64,000 nucleotides of DNA, taken from Azolla caroliniana. Taxonomy: Eukaryota > Plantae > Polypodiophyta. The stretch's first letter is position 1; each line of letters starts with the position of its first letter. The notes under the pieces were generated by a model, which was given only the letters and a program-made list of their open reading frames with translations, did no database searches and had not been told where the DNA came from. The DNA lies in contig JBHGNT010000012.1 of the NCBI GenBank assembly GCA_043228905.1, positions 18,414,001 to 18,478,000 of the forward strand, written 5' to 3'. Of the stretch, positions 53,248-64,000 are shown piece by piece. Position numbers and translations under genes: made by a program.

Positions 53248-54828
53248 GGCGACGAGAGTCTCATATTATGACACAAGGGACGCTTGTAATGTTGTGTGGT
53301 TATGTGTAGGTTGTGTTCATCTTTTGGTGACTTTATACTTTAGCCATGATGATTTGTGTCATCCCCTTTGATAGTCGATGCTCCTTGAGCTTTTTGATTA
53401 TGTAGCACAACTTTGCGCTAATTGTAGTCATCGATGTTGTTAACAATTCATGGAGAGATGTGAAAGTAGATAATTTTTTAGTCATTAACTTTTCGAAGAA
53501 TGATTAGTAAAGATTATATAACATAACTTTTAGAAGAATGATTAAGTCAAGATATGTCTCAAGAAGACAGGAATAGATGTTTGAATGAAAAATGATTAGT
53601 GTATAGATTTGTATAACTATGAAGATTATTTCTTGGAATGTTCAGGGTCTTGGGGGATCCTTAGGTAAACAATATAAAATATGATTTTGGCAGGAGTTAC
53701 ATAAATGTATAATTGGTCAGGTGGACATAGTGATGTTACAAGAACATCATCATGAAAGATGTAATAAAGTCTATGGCTCGCCATTAACTGGAATTTGGGA
53801 AATGTATTGGGTTCCAACATATGGATAAACATAGATCCAAGGTGGATTATGTATAGCTATTCGTGACATATGGCAAGTAAATATGTTGGATGTAGGGTGT
53901 TGTTAGGAAGAGCACAATATATTATCATTACCTTTTATGCTCTCAATTCTTCTAGAGAATGATTAAAGATGTGGATAGAGTTGCATCGTTCATTGCCAAT
54001 CGTAGATCATTGGTGTGTAGCAAGAGACTTTAGTATAATTGAGGATCCTGATGATAGGAGTGGTGAAGGTGGAGTAACAATGCATGGTTCAGAATTATCT
54101 GCGTGGGGAAAATTTACTATAAGTAGAAGGTTGTTGGATGTCTGGCATTTACCATCCTTTTAAAATTTGTATAATGCCTTAACATTTTCTAGATCGGATA
54201 GAAAATTAAATGGGGAAAATTAATCAAGAATTGATAGAATTTTTGTTGATGATTAAATGGGGGAGTGTTGGCATTTATCCAGGCACGACTTTTTCCAACC
54301 ATGCCCCAATTGTGCTACAAATTAATGATGGGAAAAAACGTAAGCAACAAGGGAGGATGATGATTCCACCATAATTGTTTACAAAAGCCTTAGTTGTTGA
54401 ACAAGTTAAGTATATATGGAGGCAAGCTCTATTGCAAACTAGAAATCTGGAAGATAATGTGGCTTTGGTAGTATTACATATTAGTAGTTTCCTAATTTCT
54501 TGGGCACAAGAGAAAAGGGAAAGATATAGACAAAAAATTATCAGTATGAAACCGTGCCTTGACATTTCCAAGAAAGGGATCCATCATGTGAATGGACGTC
54601 AAATGCTCTACATAATGCAAAATGGGAATTAAGAAATATTGAGGATAACATTGTACAATTTCAATATCAAGCTTGTGTTTCAAAATGGACACAAGTAGGT
54701 GACCAAGTAAACAAAATGTTTTTTTCCCAAGTTGCACTAAAATGGTTAGTAATAGGGATTAAACAACTGAGGAGAGAAGATGGCTGTTCAACAAAAGATG
54801 AGTTGGAAATTGTACAAATTGTTACAAT

Positions 54829-55655
54829 CATAGATTGACATATTCGCATTCGTGGGGCTTGCCCCACGAATCCATACGAATAGGAATACGAATACACCTA
54901 AATATATTCGTTTTTTTTTAATTTTAAAAAAATAAAAAAAATAAAAAATTGTGTTTTAATTACCAGCGAGTAAACAGTGGCCAACAGGAAGTGAGGACGC
55001 CTCACTCTACTCCCTCTGTGTGCTACTTACACCCTCGCCTCCCTCTATATCCTATTCTCGGCCAGAAATTAGGGTTTTGACCGAAAACCCTAATTTCTGT
55101 CATAATCCTAATTTCGACAAAATTTCTTCTTTTTGGCTTGCATCCTCGACTCCCTCTCATGCTCTACCTAATCCTACATCCTGTTGTCCGCTGCAAATTC
55201 AAAGTTTCACTGAAACCCTAAGTTTTGCCAAAGCCCTAATTAATTAATTAACTAATATTTTTCAATGAATTAATTAATGTGTTAATGAATTAAGATATGT
55301 ATTTGTAAATTAATTAATGTATTAGTGAATCAATTAATATTTAAGTGAATTAATTAGTTAATAGTAAATTAATTATTATATTAATGAGTTAATTAATTAT
55401 TGATGTATGTCTGTGTACACATATATGTATGCGTGTGTATATGTATCTACGTATGTGTGTATATATGTATGATGTATCTATGTATGTGTGTGTATATGTA
55501 TATATATGTTTGTGTATGTGTGTATATATTTATGTGTGTATATGTATATGTAAACGAATGGTTTTATAATATTCTTAGGGCCATTTTCTATTCTCGAATA
55601 CCACGAATATTACGGATGTCGAATCTCAAGAATATCACGTATGGGTCAATCTATG
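54829..55655. mobile_element. Non-autonomous hAT-type element (827 bp) inside the LINE
   Basis: TIRs CATAGATTGAC / GTCAATCTATG. Perfect 8-bp TSD GTTACAAT at 54821-54828 and 55656-55663. TATTCG subterminal repeats. Confidence 0.9.
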
Positions 55656-55837
55656 GTTACAATGTACTATACTAAATTGTTGCTTGTTGCAGTTGTTACG
55701 GATTTTGTTCACACAAGTAGGAAATGAATGTGGGATAAAATTAAGCCTACAGCCACAAAGGAAATGGAGGTTGCATTATTAAAACCCTTTGACATTCTGG
55801 AAATACATAATGCACTTAAAGCTTTAAGTCCTACGTC

Positions 55838-56030
55838 TTTTTCTTTTCCCCAAAAAAGGATACTACATTAGTATTAGAAAACATCGTAAGGCTATACATA
55901 CAAGATATACCACAGATCCCCTTTTTTCTAAATTCTAACCATTGGCTTAAATAAATACTTTGGTGTAGAGTAAAACCGCACCACCTTATTAGAAAGCCCG
56001 TCTATAAAATATACGTATGTCCTAGATGAC
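55838..56030 (-). mobile_element. Antisense 3'-end fragment of the same L1 family
   Basis: TTTCTAAATTCTAACCATTGGCTTAAATAAATA... (from 55925) is the reverse complement of about 63895-64000. A T-rich tail sits at the left end. Confidence 0.75.
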
Positions 56031-56848
56031 ATGTGTCCAGGGGAGGATGGAATTACTTTATTGCACATTTTTTCCTCAAATATTGGGAATATATTGGGGA
56101 AGACTTAACGAAAGATTATCAAATAATTTTTTATTCTAAGTGTATGCCTCGTAGTATGGCAATTGGATTGATTTATTTAATACCTAAGAGTGAGGGTATA
56201 TCGAACAATATCAAAAAATGGAAACCAATAACTTTGTTAAATACAATATGTATATAAACGTTTCACAAAAACATTATCATTGAGATTGCAACCTTTGTTA
56301 CATTTCAGGAAAGAAGTATAATGGATAATTTTGTTCTATATTTGGGAGGTTATTGCCTTGGCTCACAAGAAAAAAGAGGAATTAGCTATTTTGCTACTTG
56401 ATTTTGAAACAGCTTATGATCGAGTTGAATGGGATTTCCTTCATGGTACTCTTGTAAGACTTGGTTTTCGCGAGAAATGGGTGATAGGATTGTCTTCTTT
56501 GTACAAATTGCCATGCAGTTATGTTTTGTTAGTGTCACGGATCATAAACTCAAGAAACAACGAAGAAGATAACCAAATGGACAAGAAAGAAGATAGTACT
56601 AAAGGAAAGACTCCATAACTGGTGTTGTTCACCTTGAATTCCTTCAAGGTGAACTCCTCTATTTATACTACATGGCATGCATACTTGTTGCACGCATGTG
56701 AATCTACAATAGAGCATGTAGGTATGCATGCATGTGCCAAGTGTAAATACTACAAGGGAGCAACTATGCACATGATGCTAGCAAAATAATAAGGAACAAT
56801 TACATACATAACTAGTACTAGATATCTTGGTTAACTCATAATAGTAGA

Positions 56849-59800
56849 TTATAACATGGTCGTGTCAAGAGTTCGAATCTTGACATTATCCCCCCTCTTA
56901 CGCCGCCGCCTTCCCAAATCGGCCGCTGGTTTGTGGGGATATCGGTGATGAAAATCTTGGACGACCTCTGGGGCATTTTGTAAATTTGCTGATGGTTCCC
57001 ATGTGGCCTCAGACATGGGGTAACCCCTCCATAGGACGAGGTATTGCAAGTGTTGACGGTGCCAACGCGAGTCAAGGATTTGGTCGACCTCGTATTCCTC
57101 CCCTGTCGTCAATTGCACAGGTGGTGGTGGTGGGGCTTGACGTCCTGGGAGTTGTGAAGCATAATGGGGTTCGAGGAGGGAGACATGAAAAACATCGTGA
57201 ATCCGGAAGTGGGATGGAAGGGCGAGCCGGAAGGCGACGGGATTGATGCACTCGATGATACGGAATGGTCCTAGCTTCTTGTAATCAAGTTTCGCACATG
57301 GACGAGTAGTAGAGATGTGTCGACGTAACAACCAGACCATGTCTCCAACGACAAAGTGTGGAGTTGAAGATCGATGGCGATCAGCCTGCTTCTTGTATCG
57401 TTCATTAGCAAGACTAAGCTCCAAGGATAAATCATGATGTACTTCTTCCAAAATACGGGCACGATCCTCCGCCGAAGGGTTCACGGAAGTGGTAGGAAGG
57501 GAAATGTTGAAGCGAGGATGTAAACCGTAGTTGGCAAAGAAGGGAGTGACGCCAGTCGATGCATGGAGAGAATTATTGTAGGCGAATTCCGCGAGCGAAA
57601 GTAAGTTGACCCAATCATCTTGTTGGTAACTAACCGAGCACCGAAGATACTGCTCAAGGATTTGGTTGACACGCTCCGTTTGCCCGTCAGTTTGGGGGTG
57701 ATAAGCGGAGGACAACTTGATAGAGATGCCTAGAGTTTGTAGCAGGCGCTGCCAGAAGTGAGAGACAAACTGGGGTCCGCGATCCGAGATGACATCATCG
57801 GGGAGTCCATGCAAGCGTACTACATTGTTGAGTAGGAGATGCACCATTCCTTCTCCGGAAATGGTTTTGGAGCATGGAGTGAAGTGAGCCATCTTCGTAA
57901 ACCGATCGACAACGACCAACACCGAGTCATAGCTATTGACCAAGGGTAGATCAGTTATCAGGTCCATAGAGATAGAGGCCCAAGGACGACGAGGACATGG
58001 AAGCGGCTGTAGTAAGCCGTATGGCCGATGATGAATGGCTTTGGAGCGAGCACAAACCTCACAACTCTTTATGTATTCTTTGACCAGCTTCCATGGTTGT
58101 GGCCACCAATACCCCCGAGAGATTAGCTCGAGGGTTTTCGCGACCCCGAAATGACCTGCAAGTGGGTCATCGTGGCATTCCCGCAACACCCGGGTGCGAC
58201 ATGGGCCCTCTGGGACGTATAAGAGATGATCTCGGAACAACAAACCCTCTTGTATGGTGAAGGTGTCAAGATCCTTCCTTTTGGTCGCCTTGGAGGGGTT
58301 TTGCAAACTATCTCGAATCTCGTTGGCGAACGCATCGGTCTTGGATGCATCAGTGATTTGTTGGAGTAAAGAATCATCCTGCAACATACAAGTGGCAAAC
58401 AGATGCAATTGGTCGGGTTTCAACAAACGTCTAGATTGTTGAGCATAAGCAGCATCCCCAGGGCGGAGTGCAAGGTCAGCTCGGCGAGAAAGGGCATCAG
58501 CCTTCCCATGTTGGCCACCAGGTCGAAATACGATCTCAAAATCGTAGTCGGCGAGAAATGTAGACCAACGGGCCTGCCTTCGATTCAAAGTACGAGTGGT
58601 GGAAAAATAAACTAAATTTTTATGATCAGTCACTACCTGGACACGATGTTGTGCGCCGGCCAAGTAGGGTCGCCATTCTTCAAAGGCAGCAATGATAGCA
58701 GCAAGCTCCTTGTCGTAAATGGGATAATTGATTTCAGATGCCGTAAATTTTCGGGAATAGTAAGCCACTGGGTGCATTAGGTTGTTGTCGTCTGCTTGGG
58801 ATAAGATGGCGCCAATGGCAAAGTCAGAGGCATCGGTTTCGACTTGGAAGGGTTTTGTGGGGTCGGCATGTAGCAGCACCGGGGCAGTGATGAATGCGTG
58901 TTTGAGTGAGTCGAACGCATTTTGTGCCTCCGAGGTCCATAAAAATGGAGTGCCTTTATGGGTGAGAGCGATAAGAGGTTGTGCTAGGGTGGAAAACCCC
59001 TTGATGAAGCGACGGTAAAAATTCGCGAAGCCGAGGAAGGATTGCACATCTTTAAGTCGCCTTGGAGTCGCCCACGCCTGAATGACAGAGACCTTCTTCA
59101 TATCCATGGTGATGCCAGTGGGCGAGATGATGTAGCCCAGAAATTCGATCGAGGTACGGTCGAACTCGCATTTCTCGCCTTTGGCATAAAGGCCATGCTC
59201 GCGAAGTTTGGCCAGAACTAATCGGACTTGGCGAGTGTGCTCCTCCATGTTTGGCGAGAAAATGAGAATATCATCGAGGTAAATGACAACAAAAAGATCA
59301 AGATATTCCCGGAAAATATCGTTCATCATATGTTGAAAAACTGCGGGAGCGTTAGTAAGACCAAAAGGCATTACCTTGTATTCGAAATGCCCATACCGTG
59401 TTCGAAATGCGGTTTTCCATTCATCCCCCGGCTTGATGCGTACTAGATTGTACGCGCCACGCAGATCAACTTTGGAGAAGACACGCGCAACTCGGAGCCG
59501 ATCAAGGAGTTCGGGGATCAAAGGTAGCGGATAGCGGTTGCGCACAGTGAGTTTGTTGAGACCTCGGTAATCGACGCATAAGCGTAGAGAGCCATCCTTC
59601 TTCTTCACAAATAAAATGGGGGCCCCGGCTGGTGACTTAGAAGGTTGAATAAAGCCTTTCTCGAGGTTCTCATCAAGATACACACGAAGGGCCTTCAACT
59701 CTGGTGCAGACAACGCATATAGAGGACCAAAGGGTGGACACGCACCTTCTTGAAGATCAATCGGACAGTCGTAGAGCCGGTGTTCAGGCAACCGATCAGC

Positions 59801-60433
59801 ATTACATTTTTCAAATACGTCGGAGAAGTGTTGGTATTTTTCGGGAATAACATGGAGTGTGTTAGAAATGGTGCCACAAACAAACCCATCCTGGACGGAT
59901 GATGGGGTAGTCAATTCGGAGTCGACCGTCTCCGAAGGATAGGAAACTGAATTTACCTTCATACTTTTGCACGAGCATCTTGGCTTGCTAAATGTGATCG
60001 AGCGGTTGCACCAATCCACTATTGGATTGTGCGCCTCCAACCACGTTAGTCCTAAGACGATCGGATGTCGAGGAGATGCGATGAGGTAAAAGGTGAGCTC
60101 CTCTTGGTGTGAGCCCACCCGAAGCCCTAATGGGATTGTAGCTTGAGTAATTGCACCTGACGAGAGGACGCACCCGTCGATGGCTTCAACTGGAATGGGT
60201 TTTGAGAGGCCAACGACAGGTACGCCATGTGCTTGGGCAAACGCGACGTCGATGAAGCAAGAAGATGCCCCAGAATCAAGTAAAGCAACAGACTGAATGG
60301 AACTAGAGTTAAACGAAAGCCATACCTCCAATGTGAAATTGCCTGATGGTCCGGCAATGGAACCAAGAGAATGTGGGCGACGGGAGATGTCCAGTTGCAT
60401 GGCTCCTACTGCAACCGAACGATGTCGTTTTCC
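56849..60433 (-). CDS. pol: Pol: protease-RT-RNase H-integrase-chromodomain, probably expressed by -1 frameshift
   Basis: LLDSGAS, LCVDYRGLN, YLDDILI, ETDASD, H..GH..C..C, DDVISDRGPQF, DGQTERVN, LGPF, and chromodomain YEVDQIL...YLVLWRGY...ATWEP. The ORF ends inside the 3' LTR. Confidence 0.97.
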   Translation of the reverse strand, partial: GKRHRSVAVGAMQLDISRRPHSLGSIAGPSGNFTLEVWLSFNSSSIQSVALLDSGASSCFIDVAFAQAHGVPVVGLSKPIPVEAIDGCVLSSGAITQATIPLGLRVGSHQEELTFYLIASPRHPIVLGLTWLEAHNPIVDWCNRSITFSKPRCSCKSMKVNSVSYPSETVDSELTTPSSVQDGFVCGTISNTLHVIPEKYQHFSDVFEKCNADRLPEHRLYDCPIDLQEGACPPFGPLYALSAPELKALRVYLDENLEKGFIQPSKSPAGAPILFVKKKDGSLRLCVDYRGLNKLTVRNRYPLPLIPELLDRLRVARVFSKVDLRGAYNLVRIKPGDEWKTAFRTRYGHFEYKVMPFGLTNAPAVFQHMMNDIFREYLDLFVVIYLDDILIFSPNMEEHTRQVRLVLAKLREHGLYAKGEKCEFDRTSIEFLGYIISPTGITMDMKKVSVIQAWATPRRLKDVQSFLGFANFYRRFIKGFSTLAQPLIALTHKGTPFLWTSEAQNAFDSLKHAFITAPVLLHADPTKPFQVETDASDFAIGAILSQADDNNLMHPVAYYSRKFTASEINYPIYDKELAAIIAAFEEWRPYLAGAQHRVQVVTDHKNLVYFSTTRTLNRRQARWSTFLADYDFEIVFRPGGQHGKADALSRRADLALRPGDAAYAQQSRRLLKPDQLHLFATCMLQDDSLLQQITDASKTDAFANEIRDSLQNPSKATKRKDLDTFTIQEGLLFRDHLLYVPEGPCRTRVLRECHDDPLAGHFGVAKTLELISRGYWWPQPWKLVKEYIKSCEVCARSKAIHHRPYGLLQPLPCPRRPWASISMDLITDLPLVNSYDSVLVVVDRFTKMAHFTPCSKTISGEGMVHLLLNNVVRLHGLPDDVISDRGPQFVSHFWQRLLQTLGISIKLSSAYHPQTDGQTERVNQILEQYLRCSVSYQQDDWVNLLSLAEFAYNNSLHASTGVTPFFANYGLHPRFNISLPTTSVNPSAEDRARILEEVHHDLSLELSLANERYKKQADRHRSSTPHFVVGDMVWLLRRHISTTRPCAKLDYKKLGPFRIIECINPVAFRLALPSHFRIHDVFHVSLLEPHYASQLPGRQAPPPPPVQLTTGEEYEVDQILDSRWHRQHLQYLVLWRGYPMSEATWEPSANLQNAPEVVQDFHHRYPHKPAADLGRRRRKRGDNVKIRTLDTTML

Positions 60434-61422
60434 GGATGGTGGGGTCCGTTAGCTCTATGGAATTGTGGGCGAGTACTCCTAGGACAATGGCGAACGACAT
60501 GACCGGAGGCGCCACAATACATGCACAAGCCATTAGCCCGCCGAAATTGTCGTTCAGCATCAGTCAATGGTCGAAATCGGGCTTGATCAATTTCCATGGG
60601 GACAGGAGCATCTGCCGAAGTAGGCGAGTGTGAGGATGCTTGGGGTTGTATGACCGGGGCGTGGCGTGGAAGTGAATGAGGTGGGAACCAAGTCCGGCGC
60701 TCTTCTTGGCGAAATTCGAAAAGACGATTGTCACAATGGACTGCTTGTGAAATCGCTTGGGATAACGAGGTGGGCTCCGGAAAGTTTAAGAGAAGATTCT
60801 TGACATTGCTTCGAAGACCGCGCCGAAAGTGATCAGCTAAAGCTTGATCATCCCAATTGACGTCGCATGCTAGTTGTCGAAATTCGGAAGCATAGACCGA
60901 AGTTGCACGTGAACCTTGTTCGAGTGCATAAATCTTGTTAAGAGCTGTACGTCGTCGGTCCGTCTCTCCAAATGTGGCCTCTAACTCGGCGAGGAAGGCG
61001 GGAAAGTCCTCCAATAAAGGTGATGAGGTTTCTACCAATGGTGCAAACCAAGCTTGGGCCGGACCGGAGAGAAGGGTGCCCACAAGGCCGACTTGTCGAA
61101 GACCATCTCCATAACGTTGAGGTTGTAGCCGAATGATAAGTCGAACTTGGTTGATGAACCCTCGGAAACGCGACCTCGTTCCATCAAATTTTTCTGGGAG
61201 GCTAACCTTAGGCTCAAGAAACTGTGACGAAGCTAGGCTAGATGTTGGTAGAAGATCGGGCTCTAGGCTAGGTTGTTGTGGGAGACTAGGGTTCGGGGGT
61301 TGTGAGGATAGGGAGGTACCGACTTGAAGTTCTTGTAAAGAATTTCGAAGAGCTTCATTTTCAAGTTGTAGTTGTCGCAAGGCTACCATTATTTGGCCTA
61401 ACTCACTAGTTGAGTCGGACAT
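60406..61422 (-). CDS. gag: Gag (PEG10/Tcn1-like capsid plus CCHC zinc knuckle)
   Basis: PEKFDG.R..FRGF, LEQG..ATSVYASEF, PVPMEID, CMYCGASGHVVRHC. Confidence 0.95.
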   Translation of the reverse strand: MSDSTSELGQIMVALRQLQLENEALRNSLQELQVGTSLSSQPPNPSLPQQPSLEPDLLPTSSLASSQFLEPKVSLPEKFDGTRSRFRGFINQVRLIIRLQPQRYGDGLRQVGLVGTLLSGPAQAWFAPLVETSSPLLEDFPAFLAELEATFGETDRRRTALNKIYALEQGSRATSVYASEFRQLACDVNWDDQALADHFRRGLRSNVKNLLLNFPEPTSLSQAISQAVHCDNRLFEFRQEERRTWFPPHSLPRHAPVIQPQASSHSPTSADAPVPMEIDQARFRPLTDAERQFRRANGLCMYCGASGHVVRHCPRSTRPQFHRANGPHHPENDIVRLQ

Positions 61423-64000
61423 AGCTATGGCTTATGAGAGGGAGAGCTATGAGGATGGGAAGGTGAACAAACTGTCACGGATCATAAACTCAAGAAACAA
61501 CGAAGAAGATAACCAAATGGACAAGAAAGAAGATAGTACTAAAGGAAAGACTCCATAACTGGTGTTGTTCACCTTGAATTCCTTCAAGGTGAACTCCTCT
61601 ATTTATACTACATGGCATGCATACTTGTTGCACGCATGTGAATCTACAATAGAGCATGTAGGTATGCATGCATGTGCCAAGTGTAAATACTACAAGGGAG
61701 CAACTATGCACATGATGCTAGCAAAATAATAAGGAACAATTACATACATAACTAGTACTAGATATCTTGGTTAACTCATAATAGTAGATTATAACATGGT
61801 CGTGTCAAGAGTTCGAATCTTGACAGTTAGGAGGGGTTAAAGGTGGTGTTTCAAATTTCATTAAGTATACAACAAGGCTACCCACTAGCACCATATCTAT
61901 TTCTATTTTTTGTTGAAGTTATGTGCTTGTTTTTTGTTGGTGAAGATGTTGGATTGAATGGAATAGCTATGCCCCTTGATGGGACAAATGTTCTGGATGT
62001 AGAATTATCTAGATGGTTAGATTACTAATTTGCAAAAATGTAAACAATAGTGCAAACTTTTTGTACTACTTTAGGTGCATCAATTAATTGGAACAAATCA
62101 GTGGGTTTTTGGGTGACATCGAATTCCACTCCACAATGATGTCCTCATCTAGATTTCCGATGGATTCTCAAGGGAAACTCAGTTAGATATTTGGGATGCC
62201 AAGTAGCCTTCAAAATTTCTAGTGGGTAGAGTGATAGTAGTCAATCAAGTTCTTTTGTCTAGTCTTTGGTATATTATGTCACATTGGAGTTTTTTCAGAT
62301 CATGTATGGGACAATTACAAAGATTGATCCGGAATGATTTGTGGTTTGGTAATGATGGAAATCATGCTAGGGCAAAGGTCTCATTACAACAATCCAAAGC
62401 TTTGGTTGCGAAATTGGTGATTGTTACCAGGATCAGAACCTTGGAAACAATTCTTATTATACAAATTGCAAAAGTTTGTCCCCAAATTGGTGGAGATTGG
62501 AGGCCCAATTTTTTATGGATTTTTATGGAACACAACAAGTTGGTTATTTGCTTGGTCTATTCTTAATTCATGGAAAGACGTTTCTCTTGATTTAGTTAAG
62601 AGATTGCCAAAACAAAAACTGAATTCTATGGATGACCCTTGATTTGGAATTCGTATTTTGCTGACAATAGGGGACATATGTTGGGAAGGCATACTCGATG
62701 TGCATGGGCAGAATTAGATTGCAGACCAACACAATCTATAGGTGCATGGACATCATTCCTGTCTACACCTATAGAACGATAATGCTTAATAATATAAGGG
62801 GTAGAAAGACAATATATTATGCGATATAAACCACCCTGTCTAATATTTAGATGCAATTTGGATCTTCTACACATATTGGGTTTATTTACTACATTGGATT
62901 TTTTCATTGGAGTAAAACCCTATATTGGGGAAGAAGTTTGTATGACCTTTGATGTACATGATGATGGTAGGTTAACTTTCACACATAAGGAAACTAATTT
63001 GTTTAGTTTTTTGTTTGCATAAAGAAGTGAGGGTGATTGCAAATGATGGATAAAATTAGGTCTTAGATCTGGATCAACAAAAGGTGAATTACTTTTGAAG
63101 GATATGGATTATGGAAAGGAGACCAATATCTAAATTAACTTGGATCTTGGAGAATTGTATTGAATGGTGTGGATTCAAGATAAGAGAAAACATGTGCCTT
63201 TTTGAAACATTATTTGAAGATTGGTAGGAAAATATTAGGTGCTAGATCATGGAAAGAACAAACCACAAATGCTTTCTAGAGACGAAGTGGACTTTCTCCA
63301 TAACATTTCAAACAAATTTGGCAATGGTTGTGGGTTATAACAATGAGTAGGAAAAATGATTGTTTTTGTTGGTTGTTGGTTCATAGAGCTATACGAATTA
63401 ATGGTTGACGAAAGGGAAATACAAGATGTGCTCTTTTTGTGTGGATCTAGTAGAGACTATTAAGCATTGTTTGTGGAGTTGTGGTTTTGTGATGGAAATA
63501 TGGAAAAGAATGATAACAATGTTAATATCACTATATCCTTGAGAAGTGTATACATGGGAAGCGGTATTATGGGCGGTGGTAAAAGATAAACCAATGGTAT
63601 ACGAACAAGAAGTGGTTGCATATGCTATTGCTATGAGACATGGTTTGATGCAAAAAACATTAATACCTTTGAATCCATAAATAGAGATTGATAAACCTGA
63701 AATATGGCAATTGGTAAGTAGTATCACAATTTGGTATATTTGGGAGGCTCTATGGTTGAAGGTATTTCAAAATGTGATTGAAAGACCTACCCAAATAATT
63801 TTTGGGATTTGGACAGAGATTGTGCATAATCTCAGAGGTTCTTTGAATAATATAAAAGGTAATATGCAACAGGCTGAGCTCGGTTGGAGTTTCATGCCAC
63901 CCGGGACATAAGCATATTTTATAGATGGATTTCTAATAAGGTAGAGTAGTTCTACTCTACACTAGAATATTTATTTAAGCCAATGGTTAGAATTTAGAAA

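Larger units (their letters stand above)
56533..61825 (-). mobile_element. Intact Ty3/gypsy chromovirus (Tcn1/Tf1-sushi-like), 5293 bp
   Basis: Two 353-bp LTRs (56533-56885, 61473-61825; TGTCA..TGACA) with no differences seen. TSD GTTAG at 56528-56532 and 61826-61830. PPT AAGAGGGGGGATAA (-) adjacent to the 3' LTR. Open gag and pol. Confidence 0.98.
53619..64000 (+). mobile_element. Near full-length but decayed L1-type LINE ORF2 (EN-RT-zf), split by three younger insertions
   Basis: Endonuclease start MKIISWNVQGLG, LQEHH, SRIDR, SNHAPIV; RT WKPITLLN, LLLDFETAYDRVEWDFL, QQGYPLAPYLFL; C-terminal C..C..LVETIKHCLWSC. Many stops. Confidence 0.88.

Noticed and set aside
56550-56771. Identical 73-aa ORFs at 56550-56771 and 61490-61711
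   Set aside because: They are the two LTR copies, with no evidence of coding function.

Overview
Eukaryotic, intron-rich land-plant genomic DNA. A non-seed plant, probably a fern, is inferred from a class-2 DYRK kinase and a Tcn1-like chromovirus. I reconstructed the following by hand from GT/AG junctions and reading-frame continuity. (1) A 5'-truncated + strand gene (282-11803) encoding two tandem Rubisco-LSMT/SETD3-type SET modules; the first is degenerate. (2) An intronless MED26/TFIIS-N-like ORF (-, about 17.3-17.9 kb) next to hAT termini. (3) A decayed partial duplicate of the SET gene (about 20.1-21.0 kb). (4) A six-exon - strand gene (22567-26620) for an unrecognised 347-aa two-TM protein with a Cys-rich, sequon-bearing loop, i.e. 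DEG/ENaC/P2X-like topology. (5) An intronless PNRC/Edc1-motif gene (29026-30216). (6) A DYRK2-class kinase (34065 to about 38951). (7) A UBE2H/UBC4-6-type E2 (-, 41072-45004). The right third is a nest of transposons. It includes an old L1 LINE carrying a hAT element, an antisense LINE tail and an intact chromovirus with identical LTRs, a Tf1-type self-priming PBS and a candidate -1 frameshift signal. Several hAT MITEs with 8-bp TSDs, a solo LTR and other TE relics are also present. No database searches were run, so family assignments rest on motif recognition.
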